Assembly: GCA_965662845.1 (NCBI GenBank)
Contig: CBFIJD010000061.1
Span: 1-12,162 of the forward strand
Length of the DNA stretch: 12,162 bases
Direction: 5' to 3'
Source of the DNA: an uncultured bacterium
GTDB taxonomy: Bacteria; SAR324; NAC60-12
In this document: positions 8,206 to 12,162 of the stretch, piece by piece
Layout of the letters: every line of letters begins with the position of its first letter
Position numbering within the stretch: the first letter of the stretch is position 1
Made by a program: the position numbers and the translations under genes
The notes under the pieces: generated by a model
Databases searched by the model: none
The model's input: only the letters and a program-made list of their open reading frames with translations
What the model was told of the DNA's origin: nothing

Positions 8206-9269
8206 GCCTCTCTGTTCGCATCCAACACCGATTCCCTAACTTTGCCCTCAACGTCAACTTTGCGGCTCCAGCTGGAGTGACGGTGCTGTTCGGGCGTTCT
8301 GGGTCTGGCAAAACCTCCGTTGCCCACACCATCGCGGGGTTGCTGCGCCCCGAGTCAGGGAAAGTGGTCGTGGATGGGTGGACGCTGTTAGACACAGAGA
8401 ACCGAGTCTGCTTGCCGCCACATCAGCGCAGGCTGGGGTACATCTTTCAAGAAGCTCGGCTTTTCCCGCATCTAACCGTCCGTCAAAACCTGCTCTATGG
8501 ACACTGGTTCGCTCCCACCGGCGCCTCCGTCGTCACCTGGGAACACGTGATCGACATGCTTGGGATTGAACCGCTCTTGCAGAGGCGCCCTTCTAAGCTG
8601 TCGGGTGGCGAGAGACAGCGGGTCGCCATCGGTCGCGCGTTATTAGCTAGCCCCAAGCTGATTCTGGCTGACGAACCGCTGGCGGCTCTGGATGAAGAAC
8701 GCAAAGCCGAAATTTTGCCTTACTTTGAGCGCCTCCGCGATGAGGTGACCGTCCCGATTCTGTATGTCTCGCACTCGGTTGCTGAAGTGGCACGCTTAGC
8801 CACCACCATGATCGTGCTCGAGCAAGGAGAGATGGTGCAGCAAGGCTCTCCCTTTGAGGTGTTCGGCGACTCCAGCGTGCATCCGACTGGCGTGCAGGAC
8901 TTAGGCGCCGTGCTCGACACGGTGGTGGTCGCCCATCATGAGGATGGCCTCACCGAGCTGCGGGTGGGAGCCGAGTCGCTCTGGGTGACCCGCCATTCTT
9001 GTCCCATCGGGCACCAGCTGCGGGTGCGCATCGCAGCGCAGGACGTCCTGCTCTCAAAAGACGCCCCACAAGGGGTTTCGGCGCTCAATATCTTGCGGGG
9101 CGAAGTCGTCGAAGTCCGCGCAGCAGCGCAGTCTAGTGTCGTGGTGAGCCTGAGCACCAGCGGGGGACGTCTGCTGTCGCGCATCACGCAACGCTCGGCC
9201 GCCAAACTTCACTTCCAAGTGGGCAACTCCTGCTACGCGATTGTCAAGAGCGTATCCATCGCAACGTAA
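8202..9269 (+). CDS. modC: Molybdate ABC transporter ATP-binding protein with C-terminal TOBE/Mop region
   Basis: Walker A GRSGSGKT, Q-loop IFQEARLFPHL, signature LSGGERQRVAIGRAL, Walker B ILADEP, H-loop YVSH, C-terminal SALNIL...ITQRS...AIVKSVSI. ATGA overlap with the modB stop. Confidence 0.96.
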   Translation: MSLSVRIQHRFPNFALNVNFAAPAGVTVLFGRSGSGKTSVAHTIAGLLRPESGKVVVDGWTLLDTENRVCLPPHQRRLGYIFQEARLFPHLTVRQNLLYGHWFAPTGASVVTWEHVIDMLGIEPLLQRRPSKLSGGERQRVAIGRALLASPKLILADEPLAALDEERKAEILPYFERLRDEVTVPILYVSHSVAEVARLATTMIVLEQGEMVQQGSPFEVFGDSSVHPTGVQDLGAVLDTVVVAHHEDGLTELRVGAESLWVTRHSCPIGHQLRVRIAAQDVLLSKDAPQGVSALNILRGEVVEVRAAAQSSVVVSLSTSGGRLLSRITQRSAAKLHFQVGNSCYAIVKSVSIAT

Positions 9270-9283
9270 CACGTGGCCGCGGA

Positions 9284-9712
9284 TCACGGAGCAGCCGCCA
9301 ACAGCGCCAATAGCACAGCATAGCGCATCCCTTTGCCCAGCCCAACGAGCAGCGCGAAGCGCCCTCGATGGATGCCCAAAGCCCCCGCCACTACGGTGAG
9401 AGGGTCTCCGATCACGGGGAGCCACGCGAACAACAAACTCCACTGCCCATACTTTCCAAACAGGCGCTGCGCCTTAGACCACTGTGCCGATGAGTACCCA
9501 CGCTGCGGCAGCCAACGCACGAGGCCAGCCCCAATTTCTCGGTTGAGGCAAGACCCCAGCACGTTCCCAGCGGTTGCCCACCCCCATAGCTCTACAGCAC
9601 GATACTGTCCGGTGAACCAAAGCACCGAGAGCAAGGCCTCAGACGTCCCTGGTAGCAGCGTCGCTGAGAGAAACGCGCTGCCAAACAGACTTGGCCCACC
9701 AGCCGACGTCAT
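9284..9712 (-). CDS. yqaA: YqaA-like DedA/VTT-domain inner membrane protein
   Basis: LFGSAFLSATLLPGTSEALL, ATAGNVLGS..N..IG, FGKYGQWSLLFAWLPVIGDPLTVVAG, GKGMRY are the YqaA family motifs. Start placed at ATG 9712; the ORF track starts at 9751. Confidence 0.9.
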   Translation of the reverse strand: MTSAGGPSLFGSAFLSATLLPGTSEALLSVLWFTGQYRAVELWGWATAGNVLGSCLNREIGAGLVRWLPQRGYSSAQWSKAQRLFGKYGQWSLLFAWLPVIGDPLTVVAGALGIHRGRFALLVGLGKGMRYAVLLALLAAAP

Positions 9713-9944
9713 CCACTCTATGGCGCTCACTTGCGGCGAGCCTCTCGACAAATGGGCTCTCTCTCTGGGGTGCTAAGGCCTTTGTTCATTCGCTCTTCTT
9801 AGATGGAAAAGGGGGAGAGCCCTCTTGAGAGGGTGGCGTCACCTCCAGAGGGTGCGCCCTCCAAAACCAATGAAGCGCGCCCGAAACATCTGCCGAAGCT
9901 CTCAGTAAGTCTACTTATTTTGGCAGTTTTATTGTCCACAGACA

Positions 9945-9973
9945 TTGACAAGATATTTATGCAAATATATAAA
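9945..9973 (+). promoter_or_regulatory. Near-consensus sigma70 promoter
   Basis: TTGACA (9945-9950), 17-nt spacer, TATAAA (9968-9973) within an AT-rich island. The -10 box lacks the final consensus T. Confidence 0.6.
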
Positions 9974-10114
9974 TTTTTGCTTTCAAAAACAGCGTCTTCA
10001 CACTCTGGAGACGACGGTTGCTCTCCGAAATCGTTGTCCCAAAACGAATGTGATGCTGCTGTGTGAGCACCCTCTCCGTTCGACCTCATGTTTTCTGTCC
10101 GGCCAATCGCCTGT

Positions 10115-10327
10115 ATGTCATTCCCCCTGTCTGATTCGTATCACCGCCTGATAAAAGAAGCGTACCAAGCTCACGGTCTGGCACGCACGCTAAAGAAGAA
10201 ACGCCCGCAAGACCGAGGGGCGGCTCCCTTAGTCTGCGACTTCCTACCGCTGCTAGCCGGAGAGTCGCCCCACGCTGTGACAAAGGTGGCTCGCTTCAAA
10301 AAAGCCGTCGATGCGTGCAAAGCCTGA
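10115..10327 (+). CDS. Possible small basic hypothetical protein (70 aa; alternative start 10088)
   Basis: MSFPLSDSYHRLIKEAYQAHGLARTLKKK...ARFKKAVDACKA is the first plausible ORF downstream of the promoter. No recognisable motif or RBS. Confidence 0.3.
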   Translation: MSFPLSDSYHRLIKEAYQAHGLARTLKKKRPQDRGAAPLVCDFLPLLAGESPHAVTKVARFKKAVDACKA

Positions 10328-10529
10328 CCCACTCTACGGCTAGCCATTGGGATGGTAGTTTCACGAGCCAGTCCGTCCCAGCAGAAGCCCGTCCTCCCGA
10401 AAGCTCCAGAACTCTGGCGACTCCTCAACCTATTTCAGACCTGTTCCTCATGAGGAAACCTGACCGAAGACAATCCCCCTCGCTCAAAAGAGAACTCAGC
10501 CACGACAACCCCTCTGACAATCAGGATGT

Positions 10530-10913
10530 ATGAGCAAAGTAATGGTAATGGAAGATGATGAGACCTTGCGCTCAACAATGGTTGAAATCCTGACCGAAGG
10601 CGGATTACGCGTGTTGAGTGCAGCAGATGGAGCGCATGGACTGGCGCTGATCGCTCAACAACCCAGCAGTGACCCAGTACGAGTGTTGATCACCGACATC
10701 AAAATGCCCGTGGTCGACGGCTTGGAAGTCATTGAGACCCTCAACCGAGAGCAACCGTCGCTGCCTATTATCGCCATCAGCGGAGGAGGAATGTGGAAAG
10801 AGCGTGATATCTCTTAAGCGTTGCGTGAGCTGACTTTTGTTAAGTTTTATCAAAAGCCTCTCTCGATGTGGGAGATGCTGCAGGAAGTCATCCATTTTGC
10901 ACAAGATGAATAA
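10530..10913 (+). pseudogene. Single-domain response regulator (CheY-like REC) interrupted by an in-frame TAA at 10815-10817
   Basis: VMVMEDD...LITDIKMP...IIAISGGG precedes the stop. The same frame continues ALRELTFVKFYQKPLSMWEMLQEVIHFAQDE to TAA 10911-10913, supplying the missing beta5-KP-alpha5. Confidence 0.85.
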
Positions 10914-10952
10914 CTCTCTGAAGTCGCCTCCATGTTTGCCGTTTTCTTCTGA

Positions 10953-12066
10953 ATGCCGAGCCTCCTGATGTCGAGCCCCTCTCTCCACGACAATGAACCA
11001 CAACGCTTGGCCGCGCTGCGCGAGTTGCAGCTGCTAGACACTCCCCCTGAAGCTGAATTTGATCAATTGACTCAGCGCCTCGCTCGGCTTCTGAACTGCC
11101 AAACGGCCCTGTTTTCCCTCATTGCAGAAAACCGGCACTGGTTCAAGTCTCGTTGGCATTTTGACTTCCCTGAAACGGCGCGGGAGAACTCGTTTTGTGC
11201 GCACGTGCTCTCCGACACGAAAACGCTGTTTGTGATCCCTGACACTCAACAAGACCCACGTTTTATGGAGCACCCTTGGGTCACTGGAGCGCCGCGGGTG
11301 CGCTTTTGTGCCGGTTACGTGTTGCGTTCTTCTGAAGGGTTTGTTTTGGGGATGTTGTGCGTCTTAGATCCGGAACCCAGAGCAAGGCTCTCTGCGGAAC
11401 ATACGGAGTGGCTCACCCTGTTGGGCGAGCAAGTCGAAGCGCGGTTAGAAGTGCGACGAACCCAATATCAAATGCAGATGTTGCAACGCCGCCACGAGCA
11501 AACCTTAGAACTCACCGACACCGGACACTGGTCTTGGGACTTGGAAACCAACCAAGCGTGCTGGGATAAGCGGACCTATGCCCTGCTAGGCGTCCCTCAA
11601 GGTGCCCCTATCCATCAAGAATCGTTCGTGAGCTGTGTGGCGCCGGAACAGCGCGACAGTGTGCGCGGCCAACTAGCTCAGCTGTTCGCTGGTCAAGAGC
11701 GCTTTTTTGCAGAATTTCAAGTTCAGCATCCGGATGGCCATAGTTACTGGATTCGCGCCTTGGGATGCTCACGGCAGGATGCATCAGGAAAAGTCGTCGA
11801 GTTGTATGGTTCCCTCACCAACATCGACGGCGAACATCGTCAAATGGAAGCGCAGGAAGACCTCCTTGAGCAGCTCAGCCTCACGTTAGAGGCCTCGCAG
11901 GTGGGGTGGGTCAAAATCAACCCCGAAGACTTGAGCTTGCTGCTGGATCAACGCGCTGAGCAATTCTTGGGATTAGAGGCCGTAAGCTGGCCTCCTCACC
12001 TCCCTCACCTCCTTCACCAATGGGTACACCCCGAAGATCAGCAGCTCTTCAGCGCAGCGATCGCTA
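10953..12066 (+). CDS. GAF + PAS/PAC sensor protein, N-terminal part (output domain absent); not in the ORF track because the frame stays open to the window end
   Basis: Manual translation from ATG 10953 (or 10968): NEPQRLAALRELQLLDTPPEAEFDQLT...HWFKS...ETARENSFCAHV...DPRF..HPWVTGAPRVRFCAG...LGMLCVLD (GAF); GHWSWDLETNQACWD...HPDGHSYWIRALG (PAS/PAC); second PAS up to WVHPEDQ. Sequence after ~12066 appears foreign. Confidence 0.88.
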
Positions 12067-12162
12067 GGCTTCTTTCAACACCGCCTCTGGATGCTCTAAA
12101 TGCTCCAACACTTCACAAAGCAAAAAACCATCAATACTTTCATCATGGAGGGGAATGGATTC
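12064..12162 (-). pseudogene. Fragment of a class I SAM-dependent methyltransferase (Methyltransf_11-like), truncated at a junction
   Basis: Minus strand from 12162 reads ESIPLHDESIDGFLLCEVLEHLEHPEAVLKEA then TAG, matching the pattern LPF.D.SFD.(V)...EVLEH...P...L.E..RVLKPGG. Hand-counted GC is about 44% (42/96). Confidence 0.7.

Noticed and set aside
1986..9776. Numerous alternative-frame and antisense ORFs in the track (e.g. 2057-2662, 5594-6169, 4834-5310, 9333-9776)
   Set aside because: They are shadows of well-supported genes, with low-complexity Arg/Ser/Ala-rich translations and no motifs.
9921..9936. Sigma54-like TGGCA-N6-TTGT, and TGGCACG near 10179
   Set aside because: The -12 GC dinucleotide is missing at the required spacing in both cases.
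9905..9990. Possible replication origin (AT-rich, with DnaA-box-like 9-mers at 9932 and 9957)
   Set aside because: Only imperfect boxes, no cluster, and no dnaA/dnaN/gidA context. Better explained as a promoter.
11994..12017. 9-bp tandem repeat CCTCACCTC x2 containing the anti-SD-like TCACCTCCTT (perfect AAGGAGGTGA on the minus strand)
   Set aside because: It encodes in-frame PHL-PHL-LH within the PAS gene. There is no rRNA context, and the minus-strand GTG downstream opens only 8 codons.
2044..12064. Two GCGATCGC (HIP1) octamers
   Set aside because: Two copies in 12 kb of GC-rich DNA is not the heavy enrichment seen in cyanobacteria.
1..12162. CRISPR array, tRNA/rRNA, IS/transposase, or defence genes
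   Set aside because: No regularly spaced repeats, cloverleaf structures, terminal inverted repeats or relevant protein motifs were seen on either strand.

Overview
Bacterial chromosomal window, mostly GC-rich, containing signal-transduction and transport genes. In order: (1) the 3' part of a di-heme cytochrome c peroxidase; (2) a possible small orphan gene on the minus strand; (3) a two-gene sensor-kinase operon, whose first kinase starts with a DosP/FixL-type heme-PAS domain (likely O2/gas sensor) and ends in a degenerate receiver, followed by a REC-PAS-like-HisKA-HATPase kinase; (4) a Gate/nucleoside-recognition membrane protein on the minus strand, divergent from (5) a complete modABC molybdate ABC transporter that looks Rhodobacteraceae-like; (6) a YqaA/DedA-family membrane protein on the minus strand; (7) a near-consensus sigma70 promoter; (8) a stand-alone receiver gene broken by one in-frame TAA; (9) a GAF-PAS-PAS sensor gene missed by the ORF track. 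The last ~96 nt switch to a lower-GC, opposite-strand SAM-methyltransferase fragment, indicating a chimeric or rearrangement junction. No CRISPR array, RNA gene or mobile element was recognised. All family assignments come from remembered motifs, not database searches.
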